Both the position numbers and the translations under genes were made by a program. Under the pieces are notes generated by a model. The model saw only the letters and a list, made by a program, of their open reading frames with translations, was not told the origin of the DNA and made no database searches. Shown piece by piece: positions 37,435 to 47,055 of a DNA stretch of 64,000 bases (positions within the stretch are counted from its first letter, which is position 1; the number at the start of each line of letters is the position of its first letter). Source of the DNA: Eubacteriales bacterium (GTDB lineage: Bacteria > Bacillota > Clostridia > Oscillospirales > CAG-272). The DNA lies in contig JBGUSX010000143.1 of the NCBI GenBank assembly GCA_045132775.1, positions 2,565 through 66,564 on the forward strand. The letters are read 5' to 3'.

Positions 37435-38916
37435 TTAAACCGTTTCCTGCAGCTTGCAGAACTTCTCAAATGCAGCATCCCACGCTTCTCTGCTCTCTGT
37501 GGGCTGATAGTATTTGAGCTCGGTAGAATTAGCAATTACCTCGCGCGCCTCTTTAAGATCCTTGATCTCACCCGCTGCGATAGCCTGCATAACGATATTA
37601 CCCATAGCGGTAGCCTCTTCGGGACCGGCGCAAACGGGAATTCCGCATGCATCTGCAGTCATCTGGGAAAGGAATTTATCCTTTGTTCCGCCGCCTACGA
37701 CGTTTATCATGGATGCCTTTTTATTTCTGAGTGCTTCAAGAGTTTCAACGGTAAATCTGTACTTGAGAGCGAGAGATTCGTAAATGCATCGAACGACCTC
37801 GCCAACCGTTTCGGGAACGTGCTGACCGGTTATGCGGCAGAACTCTCTGATCTTCTCAGGCATATTTCCGGGAGTATTAAACGTGTGGTAATCGGGATTG
37901 ATGAGAGATGCAAAGGGCTTTGCCTCCTTTGCCCAAGCCTCCATCTGTGCGAAGCTGTACTCGTTACCCTCTCTCTTCCACTGTCTTCTCGACTCCTGGA
38001 TGATCCAAAGACCCATAATGTTCTTGAGGAAGCGGATAGTACCCATAGCGCCGCCCTCGTTTGTGAAGTTAGCGATTCTGGTGTCGTCGTCGATAAGGGG
38101 CTCGTCGATCTCGGCACCCATAAGCGACCATGTTCCGCTGGATATGTAGATGAAGTCCTTGTTTGTTGCGGGAACCGCGATGACAGCACTTGCGGTATCG
38201 TGAGAAGCAACGTTAACGACCTTGATGCTGTTCTTACCAACCTCCTCGTTGATCTGAGGAAGAAGTCCGCCGAGATCGTTGCAAGGCATAACGAGAGGAG
38301 CAAAGAGCGAGCGGTCAATGCCGAGCTTATCGGTAAGCTCATAAGCAAAGGCCCTCTTTTTAGCATCGAGAAGCATACCAGTCGATGCGATAGTGTACTC
38401 GGTAGCCATCTGACCTGTAAGGAAGTAGTTGAGAAGGTCGGGAGTCATGAGCATCTTGTCAGCCCTCTCAAGCATCGTAGGATCGTCACGCTTTTCAGCC
38501 GCGAGCTGATTGATAGTGTTGAAGTCAGCCGCCTGAATACCCGTAACTCTGTATATCTCCTCGGGAGAAACAAAATTGCGAACGTAGTCTGTGATATTAA
38601 CGGTTCTTGTGTCACGGTAGTGAGTGGGGTTAGCCATCATTCTGCCGTTCTTGTCGATAAGAGCGTAGTCAACGCCCCAGGTATCGATACCCATAGAGGC
38701 AATACCCTCTTTATCGATAACAGTCTTGGTGATAGAATTCTTGATCTCAAAGAAAATTCTGAGAATATCCCATGTGAATCTTCCGTTAACAAAAACGGGA
38801 TCGTTTGTGAAACGGTGATTTTCACGAAGAGTGAGCTTGTTTCCATCAAAGGAACCGATGATACCTCTGCCGCTCGAAGCACCGAGGTCGATAGCAAGCA
38901 TTTTAAGTTCAGCCAT
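37435..38916 (-). CDS. rhaB: Rhamnulokinase (FGGY family)
   Basis: 493 aa with the N-terminus LAIDLGASSGRGIIGSF..LTLRENHRF.., GIDTWGVDYALID and THYRDTRT, which resemble RhaB proteins. Confidence 0.85.
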   Translation of the reverse strand: MAELKMLAIDLGASSGRGIIGSFDGNKLTLRENHRFTNDPVFVNGRFTWDILRIFFEIKNSITKTVIDKEGIASMGIDTWGVDYALIDKNGRMMANPTHYRDTRTVNITDYVRNFVSPEEIYRVTGIQAADFNTINQLAAEKRDDPTMLERADKMLMTPDLLNYFLTGQMATEYTIASTGMLLDAKKRAFAYELTDKLGIDRSLFAPLVMPCNDLGGLLPQINEEVGKNSIKVVNVASHDTASAVIAVPATNKDFIYISSGTWSLMGAEIDEPLIDDDTRIANFTNEGGAMGTIRFLKNIMGLWIIQESRRQWKREGNEYSFAQMEAWAKEAKPFASLINPDYHTFNTPGNMPEKIREFCRITGQHVPETVGEVVRCIYESLALKYRFTVETLEALRNKKASMINVVGGGTKDKFLSQMTADACGIPVCAGPEEATAMGNIVMQAIAAGEIKDLKEAREVIANSTELKYYQPTESREAWDAAFEKFCKLQETV

Positions 38917-38948
38917 TTTTTCCCTCCTGAAGATAAAGGCAATATGCC

Positions 38949-38982
38949 ATTATAATACATTATCTATTATAACACATTATCG
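38949..38982 (-). promoter_or_regulatory. rhaB promoter region with tandem operator-like repeats
   Basis: ATTATAATACATTAT (38949-38963) and ATTATAACACATTAT (38966-38980) repeat with a 17-nt period. On the minus strand the distal copy reads TGTTATAAT (extended -10). Confidence 0.5.
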
Positions 38983-39133
38983 GACTCTTTGTATTAACAA
39001 ACTGTTAAAAACCATTGCGATATCGTGTATTTTCAAGACTTTTTTTACCTGCAAGTCACCCCTCGGACATTTTGTCATAAAATGTAATGAGACGTGTCGT
39101 CTTATTTTTATTTCTGAAGAACGGAGACAAAAA

Positions 39134-40039
39134 ATGTCAAATAAACATACATTTGCAATTCTTGGCGGGGATCGCAGACAAGCGATCCTGGCAGTTAAGC
39201 TCCGCGAGCTCGGTCACACAGTGAGAGTAATGGGCTTGGAGTCTTTTGCAAAGGAAATGACAGGTGTCGAACTGTGTTCAACCTGTGAAAAGGCGATCAA
39301 AGACTCAAACTGTATTATTCTTCCCTTGCCGACCAGCCGCGACGGAGAAAACCTGAATATCTCAGAATTTGAAAAAAGGCAGAATGTAAAGCTTGACAAT
39401 ATCATTTCACTTTCGCACCGTAACGGAAACGTGACAATAATAGGCGGTCTTATCCCCGAATCTATGACAAAAAAGTCAAACGAGCTCGGAATTGAAACGA
39501 TCGATTTTTATAAAAATGAAAGCCTGCAGCAACTGAATGCCCTTCCAAGTGCTGAAGGAGCTATTATGGTAGCAATGCAAAACTGTGAAAAAGTACTTGA
39601 AGGAATGAGGGTTCTTGTAACAGGATACGGGCGTATCGGAAAGCTTTTGGCAAAAAAGCTTAAAGCGCTCGGTGCTATAGTAACGGTTGCTGCAAGACGC
39701 GACGAGGTACTCTGCGAGATATCAATGTCAGGATATGACGCAGTGCGCTCCACGGACATCTGCTTGTTGAGAAAAGCATTCGACAGCAATGAGATCGTCT
39801 TCAATACAGTTCCCGGGATCATATTTACCAGAGCAGTCCTCTGCGAGAGCACAAATCGCCCCGTATATATCGAAATTGCATCAGCACCCGGCGGCATAGA
39901 CGTAACCTATGCCAGAGAGCGCGGAGTAAAGATCCATTCTGCCCCTTCTCTTCCCGGCAAATATGCCCCGATAAGCGCGGGAGAATATATATTCGAAACA
40001 ATATCGGAAATACTTGAGAAAAGGGGGATAAAGCTATGA
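39134..40039 (+). CDS. dpaA: Dipicolinate synthase subunit A
   Basis: The start is at MSNKHTFAILGGDRRQ (internal ATG of the 38831 ORF, after GGAG). NAD-binding motif VTGYGRIGK. It is coupled to dpaB. Confidence 0.85.
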   Translation: MSNKHTFAILGGDRRQAILAVKLRELGHTVRVMGLESFAKEMTGVELCSTCEKAIKDSNCIILPLPTSRDGENLNISEFEKRQNVKLDNIISLSHRNGNVTIIGGLIPESMTKKSNELGIETIDFYKNESLQQLNALPSAEGAIMVAMQNCEKVLEGMRVLVTGYGRIGKLLAKKLKALGAIVTVAARRDEVLCEISMSGYDAVRSTDICLLRKAFDSNEIVFNTVPGIIFTRAVLCESTNRPVYIEIASAPGGIDVTYARERGVKIHSAPSLPGKYAPISAGEYIFETISEILEKRGIKL

Positions 40040-40596
40040 TAGGGTACGCATTCTGCGGTTCGTTCTGCACATTTGCAGAGTCCTATAAAACACTTGCTCT
40101 ACTTAAAGAAAAGCACGGTGATATCGTGCCGATAATGAGCTTTAACGCAAATAATACAGACACAAGATTTGGCACCCATACCGAATGGAATGAAAGAATA
40201 GAAAAGCTCTGCGAAAGAAAAATAATCAACACAATTAGCGATGCGGAGCCCTTGGGTCCCAAGGTGTCACTTGATGCCCTCGTTATCGCTCCGTGCACGG
40301 GAAACACACTTGCAAAGCTTGCAAACGGAATAACCGACACCCCTGTATGTATGGCGGCAAAGGCGCATCTGCGTAGCGACCGCCCCTTGATAATTGCACT
40401 TGCGTCAAACGATGCAATGAGCGCAAATCTCGGGAACATAGGCAGGCTTCTGAATCGGAAAAATATCTATTTCGTACCAATGACACAGGACGAACCGGTA
40501 AAGAAACCCCATTCACTTGTTGCAGACTTCTCTCTTCTTCCCCAAACGCTTGAGAAGGCGCTTGAAGGAAAGCAGTTAAGAAAGCTCTTCTTATAA
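40036..40596 (+). CDS. dpaB: Dipicolinate synthase subunit B (flavoprotein)
   Basis: 186 aa starting MIGYAFCGSFCTF, with APCTGNTLAKLANGITDT. It has a 4-nt overlap with dpaA. Confidence 0.9.
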   Translation: MIGYAFCGSFCTFAESYKTLALLKEKHGDIVPIMSFNANNTDTRFGTHTEWNERIEKLCERKIINTISDAEPLGPKVSLDALVIAPCTGNTLAKLANGITDTPVCMAAKAHLRSDRPLIIALASNDAMSANLGNIGRLLNRKNIYFVPMTQDEPVKKPHSLVADFSLLPQTLEKALEGKQLRKLFL

Positions 40597-40597
40597 C

Positions 40598-40630
40598 AAA
40601 AATGAGTCCGATTCATCGGACTCATTTTTC
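40598..40630. terminator. Bidirectional rho-independent terminator
   Basis: AAAAATGAGTCCGA-TTCA-TCGGACTCATTTTT between dpaB and hslO. Confidence 0.9.
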
Positions 40631-40635
40631 ATTGA

Positions 40636-41514
40636 TTACAACACCTCATTGGGCGTAAAAACATACTTGGAATTACAGAATCTGCACTGTATCTCAAGCT
40701 CCTCTGCCTTGCCCTCTGCGATCTGCTCGTCGAACATCTTGCGAAGGTCCTCTTTAGAGATAGACTTGAGCGCGCGCTCCATTCTTTCTCTCGAGCAGGT
40801 GCAGAGATAGTCAACGTCGATCTCGTCGAAAAGGTCATATTCGATGCCCTGCATTGCAAGTGCCATTATCTCTTCGTTAGTCATTCCCTTTTCAAAAAGA
40901 CGCGAAATATTGGAAAGGAGCGGAACGTTCTTTTCAATGGCGGTTATTGTCTCGTCATCGGCAAAAGGAAGAAGCTGAATAATGATTCCCCCCGCCGCCT
41001 TGCAAGAAAGATCGGTGTCAACGAGAACGCCGAGCGCACATACGGTAGGAACCTGCTCGCTCTGCGCGTAATACGCGGTAATGTCCTCCGCGATCTCACC
41101 CGAGACGAGATCGATCGAGCCGTTATATGGCTCACCCTCGCCCATATCCTTGATAATATTGAGGAAGCCTGAACCGACCGCACCGCTTACGTCAAGCTTG
41201 CCGTTGGATTTGAGCGGTATCTCGACCGCGGGATTCTGAATGTATCCGCGTACGTTACCGATGTAGTCGCTGATCGCCAGCACTCTTCCCGCTGGTCCGT
41301 CGCCGTTGAGCGAGACGGTTATGGTATCGTCCTTGTCACCAAGCATGCATCCCATCATGGACGTGACCGTCAGCAAGCGTCCGAGCGTTGCAGTAGACGT
41401 CGCACTTGTATTGTGATAACCGATAGCCTTGTTAACAATATCGGTTGAATTGATAACGTGAATTCTCGCGCTTCCGTCACTTGTCATAGCGCGTAAGATT
41501 TTTGACTGTGCCAT
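40636..41514 (-). CDS. hslO: Redox-regulated chaperone Hsp33
   Basis: 292 aa with C-terminal zinc centre CTCS...CRFC and typical Hsp33 N-terminal motifs. Confidence 0.9.
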   Translation of the reverse strand: MAQSKILRAMTSDGSARIHVINSTDIVNKAIGYHNTSATSTATLGRLLTVTSMMGCMLGDKDDTITVSLNGDGPAGRVLAISDYIGNVRGYIQNPAVEIPLKSNGKLDVSGAVGSGFLNIIKDMGEGEPYNGSIDLVSGEIAEDITAYYAQSEQVPTVCALGVLVDTDLSCKAAGGIIIQLLPFADDETITAIEKNVPLLSNISRLFEKGMTNEEIMALAMQGIEYDLFDEIDVDYLCTCSRERMERALKSISKEDLRKMFDEQIAEGKAEELEIQCRFCNSKYVFTPNEVL

Positions 41515-41536
41515 TTATAAACTCCGTTTTGTTAAT

Positions 41537-42310
41537 TTACTTTTTTGCTCTTGCAACGACGTACCACCGTTCACAATCGTCCTCCGGCTCGGAAAAATCA
41601 AATCCGCCGAAGAATCCCAAAACTTCAAATCCGCATTTTTCGAGAGATGCCCTCAACTCAATCTTCGAGTAGCATCTTTCGGTCTGCTCGTCGTCATTTC
41701 TCGAGTAACTTCCGTCCTCGTTTTTTGTGAACACCGACAGGTAGAAATTGCAAAGTTTGCTTTCCCTGTCGTATTCGTTCTGCCAACCGCAATAAGCAGT
41801 CAAACCGTTGGAATCTGTGTCCTCGAAAATGTAGTGATTGTTTCCGTATACGTTTTCAAACTTATACGGAGTATTAACGTCAAAAAGGAAAAGTCCGTTC
41901 GGGTCAAGATAATTGTGTACCAAAGAAAAGCATTTTTCGAGATCGTCAATGCTTGTAAGATAGTTTATGCTGTCAAGACAGCAGCTTATCGCCCCAACAG
42001 TGCCGTAAAGCTCAAATTCGCGCATATCCTGCCTGATAAACAGAATATTGCTGATCCCAAGATCATAAGCCTTGTCGTAAGCCTTGTACAGCATCTCCTC
42101 GCTCGCATCCGCGCCTATCATGTCGTAGCCGCGTCGATGTAGCTCAAAGGTCATTCTTCCCGTGCCGCAGGCAAGGTCAAGAATGAGAGAAGGCTTTTCT
42201 TTCAAATATTTTTCGAAGCAGGCCTCAAAAAAATCTGCCCACGAAGTGTAATCCACCTCGGAATTTATACTGTCATAAACCGAGGCTATCGCATCGTAAT
42301 CGGAATACAT
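41537..42310 (-). CDS. Class I SAM-dependent methyltransferase
   Basis: Motif I is ILDLACGTGRMT, within a 257-aa protein. Confidence 0.8.
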   Translation of the reverse strand: MYSDYDAIASVYDSINSEVDYTSWADFFEACFEKYLKEKPSLILDLACGTGRMTFELHRRGYDMIGADASEEMLYKAYDKAYDLGISNILFIRQDMREFELYGTVGAISCCLDSINYLTSIDDLEKCFSLVHNYLDPNGLFLFDVNTPYKFENVYGNNHYIFEDTDSNGLTAYCGWQNEYDRESKLCNFYLSVFTKNEDGSYSRNDDEQTERCYSKIELRASLEKCGFEVLGFFGGFDFSEPEDDCERWYVVARAKK

Positions 42311-42313
42311 ATA

Positions 42314-42613
42314 TCAGTGTTTTTTATCCTCAAGTTCAATTCTTTTCAGCACGTTGAGATAACCGCTGCTTCCGTATTTGAGACAGTGATTAACTCGGCT
42401 GATGGTTGCAGTGCTGAGACCCGTCTGCGCGGCGATTTCAGAGTAGACCATGCCGTCGGAAAGCATTTTTGCCGCTTTCAGTCTGCGAGACATTTCAATA
42501 AGCTCGCTTTTGGTACATATATCTTCAAAAAAGCTTTTGCAATCTTCAACGTTGTCAAGGCAAATGATACTTCTGTAAAGAAATTCAATGTTTTCGTTCT
42601 TGTCGTTATTCAT
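42314..42613 (-). CDS. YerC/YecD-family TrpR-like DNA-binding protein
   Basis: 99 aa with ..RLKAAKMLSDGMVYSEIAAQTGLSTATISRV.. typical of the family. Confidence 0.8.
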   Translation of the reverse strand: MNNDKNENIEFLYRSIICLDNVEDCKSFFEDICTKSELIEMSRRLKAAKMLSDGMVYSEIAAQTGLSTATISRVNHCLKYGSSGYLNVLKRIELEDKKH

Positions 42614-42769
42614 TTCATCCTACGCCGCAGTAGCGGCTTCCTTTAAAAAATTAGGGAATGCGCAGATGCTTTTTCGCACCAATAGATATTTTACCACTTT
42701 ATAGCGCTAAAGTAAAGACCTTTTTCAAAAAAAGTTTTCAACAAACTGTTTCATTTTATAAATTAAATA

Positions 42770-42798
42770 TTGACATACGACTTTTTGTGGAGTATAAT
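42770..42798 (+). promoter_or_regulatory. Consensus sigma-A promoter of the XRE-TPR regulator operon
   Basis: TTGACA (42770-42775), a 17-nt spacer and TATAAT (42793-42798). Confidence 0.7.
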
Positions 42799-42838
42799 AT
42801 ATCTGTAATATTATATATCCCGAAAGGAATCTTTTTGC

Positions 42839-43948
42839 ATGACAGGAATCAAGATCGGAAAGAAGATAAGACTTTTAAGAAAAAACAACGACGTAACGCA
42901 GGATAAGCTTGCCGCATATCTCGGAGTAACTCCCCAGGCAGTCTCGCGCTGGGAGTCTGAAATATGCTATCCCGATATAGAGACACTTCCGCAAATAGCG
43001 GACTTCTTTGGCGTTGGAATGGACGAGCTTCTCTGCTACGACAGTGTACAGAAGGAATCCAAGATCAGAGATTACCTAAAGGAATCCGAGCTTCTTTACG
43101 AGGCAGAAAAGCTTACCGAATGTCTCGCCCTTCTCCGCGAGGCTTATGCGGAGATCCCCTCATCCTTTGAGATACAGCTCGAGCTTGCAAAGATCCTTTC
43201 CGCGATAAACGCAGAGGGCGAGCCCAATAAAAACGATCTTATGGAGGCTATCTCGCTGTGTAATCATATCCTTGACTATTGCACAGACGATGAGCTCCGC
43301 GACGAGACCAAAAAGACAATGTGCGATATTTATTCGCATCAGCTCGATAATACGCAAATGGCGCTTGATATAGCCGAAAAGCTCCATAGTATGAGCTATT
43401 CAAAGGAGCTTGTAAAAGCAACCGTTCTTACGGGTAGCGTAGCTTTTGACCAGGCACAGAAAAATATTATGGACTTTGCAGATAATATGTGGTGGCACAT
43501 GTATAACATTGCCTGTGTACCCGATATTTCTGGCGATAATTACAGTATAGAGCAGAAGATAGAGATCATGCAGAGGGGCGTTGCTATCCTCGAGGTCGTA
43601 TTTGACGGCAATTATCTCTTCTTCCACGACAGACTTGCAAATTCCTACCGTCAGCTTGCAATGCTCTATCTTGCCAAAGGAGACAGAGAGTCCGCACTTC
43701 TCTGCATCGAGCGTATGGCAGAGCACGCGATAGCCTTCGATTCACTTCCCGAGAAGAGCACCTATACGTCGGTTCTTGTAAACACGGTCGAGTATGTAAA
43801 TGAGGCTTCACCCGAAGGCGAGACGGTGACTCTTTGTGCCAAGCTATTAAGAGGAAGATTTGCAAACAGAATATGGTCGAGCATAAGAGGACACGAGAGA
43901 TTTGTTGCGGCTATCGAATCAATGTTAAAGACACTTGAAGAAAAATAA
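42839..43948 (+). CDS. XRE-family HTH regulator with a long helical (TPR-like) C-terminal domain
   Basis: The N-terminus is IRLLRKNNDVTQDKLAAYLGVTPQAVSRWESEICYPDIETLPQIADFF. About 290 aa of helical repeats follow. Confidence 0.75.
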   Translation: MTGIKIGKKIRLLRKNNDVTQDKLAAYLGVTPQAVSRWESEICYPDIETLPQIADFFGVGMDELLCYDSVQKESKIRDYLKESELLYEAEKLTECLALLREAYAEIPSSFEIQLELAKILSAINAEGEPNKNDLMEAISLCNHILDYCTDDELRDETKKTMCDIYSHQLDNTQMALDIAEKLHSMSYSKELVKATVLTGSVAFDQAQKNIMDFADNMWWHMYNIACVPDISGDNYSIEQKIEIMQRGVAILEVVFDGNYLFFHDRLANSYRQLAMLYLAKGDRESALLCIERMAEHAIAFDSLPEKSTYTSVLVNTVEYVNEASPEGETVTLCAKLLRGRFANRIWSSIRGHERFVAAIESMLKTLEEK

Positions 43949-43949
43949 T

Positions 43950-44408
43950 ATGGACTTTCCCTTTGTAATTAACACGGATTCGGTACAGAAAACAGAGGAG
44001 ATCGGAGACAGTCTCGCACAGCTTTTGACCGAGGACGAGACACTTCCGCGATTTGTTGCGATGTACGGCGACCTCGGTGTTGGAAAGACCGCCTTTGTAC
44101 GCGGATTTTGCTCCCGTCTCTGCCCGAATTCCACTGTGAAATCTCCCACGTTTGCGCTTGTGAACGAGTACAGATGCACGAATAACAACAGTATAAAAAA
44201 GGTATGTCACTTTGATATGTACAGAGTGACGGATGAGGACGATCTCTACTCTATCGGCTACGATGATTATCTCAGAGATGATTATCTCTGTATAGCGGAA
44301 TGGTGCGAGCTTATTCCCTACGCGCTCCCCGAGGAAAGAATAGAGGTCAGGATAGAGAAAACAGATCTTGAAGACAACAGAAGGATAACCCTGAAATTAG
44401 TGATATGA
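43950..44408 (+). CDS. tsaE: tRNA t6A37 biosynthesis ATPase TsaE
   Basis: P-loop GDLGVGKTAFVRG with the HFDMYR motif. The start is at MDFPF, 1 nt after the regulator stop. Confidence 0.85.
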   Translation: MDFPFVINTDSVQKTEEIGDSLAQLLTEDETLPRFVAMYGDLGVGKTAFVRGFCSRLCPNSTVKSPTFALVNEYRCTNNNSIKKVCHFDMYRVTDEDDLYSIGYDDYLRDDYLCIAEWCELIPYALPEERIEVRIEKTDLEDNRRITLKLVI

Positions 44409-45130
44409 AAAAAGAAAAGCTTATCATTTTAGCACTTGACAGTACAGCGGAGGTGTCAACCGTTGCCGTATGCGACCGCGAGAAGCTCCTTTCCGAGATA
44501 ACGGTGAACACGGGAAACACCCACTCCGCAACGCTTCTTCCCGCAGTAGAGCAAGCGCTCAGAATGGCAGAGATAACCGTAAACGACGTTGACGTGTTTG
44601 CCTGCAGTACAGGTCCCGGCTCCTTTACGGGAGTAAGAATTGGCGCGGCTACAATAAAAGGCATAGCCTACGGAAAGAATAAGCCCTGCGTATCCGTCTC
44701 AACGCTTGAAGCACTCGCATATAATCTTTCGGATAGAGACGGCATAGTCTGCCCCGTAATGAACGCAAGACGCGGACAGGTATATAATGCACTTTTTGAG
44801 GCAAAGAGCGGAGAGATAACTCGCCTTTGCCCCGACCGCGCACTCTCAATTTCCGAGCTCGACGAGGAGCTGTCAGATAAAGATCTACCCGTACTTCTCT
44901 GCGGTGACGGTTACGGCATAACGAAAGACGGATTTAAGAAGACCGAAGTCAAGGAAGTAGGCATAAGACAAAGATATCAGAGCGCGTACAGCGTATCGCA
45001 GGTAGCACTCAAAAAGTTTGAAAATAACGAAACCGTAACCGATAGCGAGCTTGTCCCTATATATCTCCGTCCTTCGCAGGCGGAGCGCGAAAGACAGGCA
45101 AGGCTCAAACAGGAGAGCGAGGTAAAATAA
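44405..45130 (+). CDS. tsaB: tRNA t6A37 biosynthesis protein TsaB
   Basis: ILALDSTAEVSTVAV.. and GPGSFTGVRIG motifs, with a 4-nt overlap with tsaE. Confidence 0.85.
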   Translation: MKKEKLIILALDSTAEVSTVAVCDREKLLSEITVNTGNTHSATLLPAVEQALRMAEITVNDVDVFACSTGPGSFTGVRIGAATIKGIAYGKNKPCVSVSTLEALAYNLSDRDGIVCPVMNARRGQVYNALFEAKSGEITRLCPDRALSISELDEELSDKDLPVLLCGDGYGITKDGFKKTEVKEVGIRQRYQSAYSVSQVALKKFENNETVTDSELVPIYLRPSQAERERQARLKQESEVK

Positions 45131-45133
45131 CTT

Positions 45134-45580
45134 ATGAAAAAGATAATAATCGGCTGTGACCACGGCGGACTTGATTTGAAGAATGAAATAATATCTCATC
45201 TCAGTAAAAGAGGTATAGAGGTAACAGACGTCGGAACCTATACAGCTGACTCCTGTAACTACCCTGACTACGCACGTGCACTTTGTACAAGAATCCAGTC
45301 GGGAGAATTTGAGCGCGGAATACTTGTCTGCGGCACAGGAATTGGAATGAGCATGGCGGCAAATAAGCACAACGGAATACGCGCGGCGTGTTGCTCGGAC
45401 ACCTTCTCTGCCAGAATGACAAGAATGCACAATGACGCAAACGTCCTCTGTCTTGGCGGCAGAGTTGTTGGCGCAGGACTTGCCTGCGATATGGTCGATC
45501 TCTTTGTGGATACAGAATTTGAAGGCGGCAGACACACAGCGCGAGTTCAGATGATAGCTGACGTTGAAAAAGATAACTGA
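45134..45580 (+). CDS. rpiB: Ribose-5-phosphate isomerase B
   Basis: 148 aa with MKKIIIGCDHGG, GILVCGTGIGMSMAANK and RMHNDANVLCLGGR. Confidence 0.9.
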   Translation: MKKIIIGCDHGGLDLKNEIISHLSKRGIEVTDVGTYTADSCNYPDYARALCTRIQSGEFERGILVCGTGIGMSMAANKHNGIRAACCSDTFSARMTRMHNDANVLCLGGRVVGAGLACDMVDLFVDTEFEGGRHTARVQMIADVEKDN

Positions 45581-45600
45581 AAAAATAATAGAGGTAAAAA

Positions 45601-46395
45601 ATGGCTGAAAGAAATGACGTACCGCATAAGATCGCCGAGGTTCTCCGAGCGGTCGCGGGAAAAACAGAAAAGAAGTATTTTACTTCCGCCGTAATACTTG
45701 CCGCTGGCTCGTCAACACGAATGATGGGCGAAAGCAAGCAGTTTATAGAGATAGACGGAATTCCTGCCGTTGCAAGAACGGTAATGGAATTTGATAAGTC
45801 TCCCTGCATCGATGAAATCGTAATAGTTGCAAAAAAGGACGAGATCGAGCTTTACGAAGGTTTTACCGAGACGTATAAGCTTCAAAACCCCTTGAAAATT
45901 GTCGAGGGCGGAGAGACAAGGCAAGAATCCGCACGACTCGGAAGCGATGCGGTCAGCGAAAGGGCAAAATATATCGCAATACACGATGCCGCAAGGTGCC
46001 TTGTAACGCAGGAAATGATCTATAAGGCTTGTCACGGAGCATATCTTCACGGAGGCGCGATACTCGCAATAAAAGCGATTGATACGGTCAAAATAGGCGA
46101 CAAGAGTGCATTTATAGAGAGCACTCCCGAGAGAAAATATACCTGGCAGGCACAGACTCCGCAGGTCTTCAAGACTAATGCGTTCAGAGCCGCAACGTAC
46201 GTTGCACGGGACGAAAAGATCGAAGGAACAGACGACGCTTCCCTCCTTGAGCATCTGAGAATTCCCGTGAAGCTTGTCGAGGGCAGCCGCGAGAACATCA
46301 AGATAACCGAGCCCTGCGATATTTACTTTGCCGAAGCGATTTTAAAGGCAAGAGCCGACAAAGCAAAGAGCGAAAGCGAGGAGAGCGGCAAATGA
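45601..46395 (+). CDS. ispD: 2-C-methyl-D-erythritol 4-phosphate cytidylyltransferase
   Basis: It has [12 protein letters not shown] and IHDAARCLV motifs. The C-terminal ~30 aa form a K/E-rich tail. Confidence 0.9.
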   Translation: MAERNDVPHKIAEVLRAVAGKTEKKYFTSAVILAAGSSTRMMGESKQFIEIDGIPAVARTVMEFDKSPCIDEIVIVAKKDEIELYEGFTETYKLQNPLKIVEGGETRQESARLGSDAVSERAKYIAIHDAARCLVTQEMIYKACHGAYLHGGAILAIKAIDTVKIGDKSAFIESTPERKYTWQAQTPQVFKTNAFRAATYVARDEKIEGTDDASLLEHLRIPVKLVEGSRENIKITEPCDIYFAEAILKARADKAKSESEESGK

Positions 46396-46865
46396 GAATA
46401 GGACACGGCTATGACGTCCACCGCCTCACCGAAGGTAGAAAATGCATCATCGGCGGAGTCGAGATACCGCATACGCTTGGACTTCTCGGTCATTCCGATG
46501 CAGACGTACTCCTTCATGCCGTAATGGATGCGATAATCGGAGCTATGGCTCTTGGTGACATCGGACACCTTTTCCCCGATACCGACGGCAAGTATAAGGA
46601 CATAGACAGTATGATCCTCTGCTCGCGAGTTGCCGAGGTTATGAAGAAAAACGGCTATTCTATCGGAAACATCGATGCCACCGTGATCGCGCAAAAGCCG
46701 AAAATGGCACCGCATATTGAGAAAATGCGCGAGAATATTGCACGCGTATTCGAAACAGACGTAAAAAACGTCAGCGTAAAGGCAACGACCGAGGAAAAGC
46801 TCGGATTTACAGGACAGGAGCTCGGCATTTCAGCGCACGCAGTCTGTTTGCTTGTTGAAGAATAG
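46392..46865 (+). CDS. ispF: 2-C-methyl-D-erythritol 2,4-cyclodiphosphate synthase
   Basis: It has [23 protein letters not shown] and [11 protein letters not shown], with a 4-nt overlap with ispD. Confidence 0.95.
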   Translation: MRIGHGYDVHRLTEGRKCIIGGVEIPHTLGLLGHSDADVLLHAVMDAIIGAMALGDIGHLFPDTDGKYKDIDSMILCSRVAEVMKKNGYSIGNIDATVIAQKPKMAPHIEKMRENIARVFETDVKNVSVKATTEEKLGFTGQELGISAHAVCLLVEE

Positions 46866-46875
46866 GCAAACAAAA

Positions 46876-46901
46876 GCTGTTGCACATTTCTGCGCAACAG
46901 C
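46876..46901 (+). terminator. Hairpin after ispF (weak terminator candidate, no U-tract)
   Basis: GCTGTTGC-(10 nt)-GCAACAGC. Confidence 0.35.
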
Positions 46902-47055
46902 ATAAGTTCGCCGCGGAGCAACCCCGAAAATTCCACACGTCCCCGTTTTTAAACAAATAAAAGGCGCCCCCCTGCGTTGCCTTATACTATATGATATGAC
47001 AAAATTCAACGTAATTCCACAAAAAGCTTGACAGTTAGGAAAGGAAGGTTTTACT

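Noticed and set aside
37402-38955. A 517-aa ORF on the plus strand completely overlaps rhaB antisense, and is longer than rhaB itself.
   Set aside because: It is in the codon-aligned antisense frame, where stops arise only from sense codons TTA, CTA and TCA. This genome evidently avoids those codons (Leu is mostly CTT/CTC). The translation is Cys/Ser/Leu/Val-rich with no recognisable motif, no RBS at its TTG start, and its start lies in the rhaB-prs spacer. It is most likely a shadow ORF. Ribosome profiling would be needed to overturn this.
39050-39115. A possible sigma-K-type promoter (AC-N16-CATAAAATG) and a small hairpin (AGACG-TGT-CGTCT followed by a T-run) lie upstream of dpaA.
   Set aside because: The match to the mother-cell promoter consensus is partial (the final TA is replaced by TG) and the hairpin stem is only 5 bp. 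This is suggestive given dpaAB biology but too weak to call from sequence alone.
38831-39133. A 5' extension of the dpaA ORF (402 aa from 38831) overlaps the rhaB start and the intergenic region.
   Set aside because: The extension crosses the divergent promoter region, has no homology-like features, and the conserved DpaA N-terminus (MSNKHTFAILGGDRRQ) begins at the internal ATG at 39134 with its own RBS.
42658-42906. An 82-aa ORF lies in the yerC/XRE intergenic region, and I considered it as a possible pheromone precursor for the XRE-TPR regulator.
   Set aside because: It spans the consensus promoter and the 5' UTR, runs into the regulator gene out of frame, lacks an RBS, and its sequence is AT-rich junk-like. 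It is not a credible secreted peptide precursor.
46866-47055. I examined the 190-nt gap upstream of rpe for a small RNA, riboswitch or promoter, including TTGACA at 47028.
   Set aside because: Only weak hairpins without U-tracts are present, with no covarying or recognisable riboswitch core. The TTGACA lies too close to the rpe ATG (its -10 would overlap the start codon) to be the rpe promoter. It is left unannotated.
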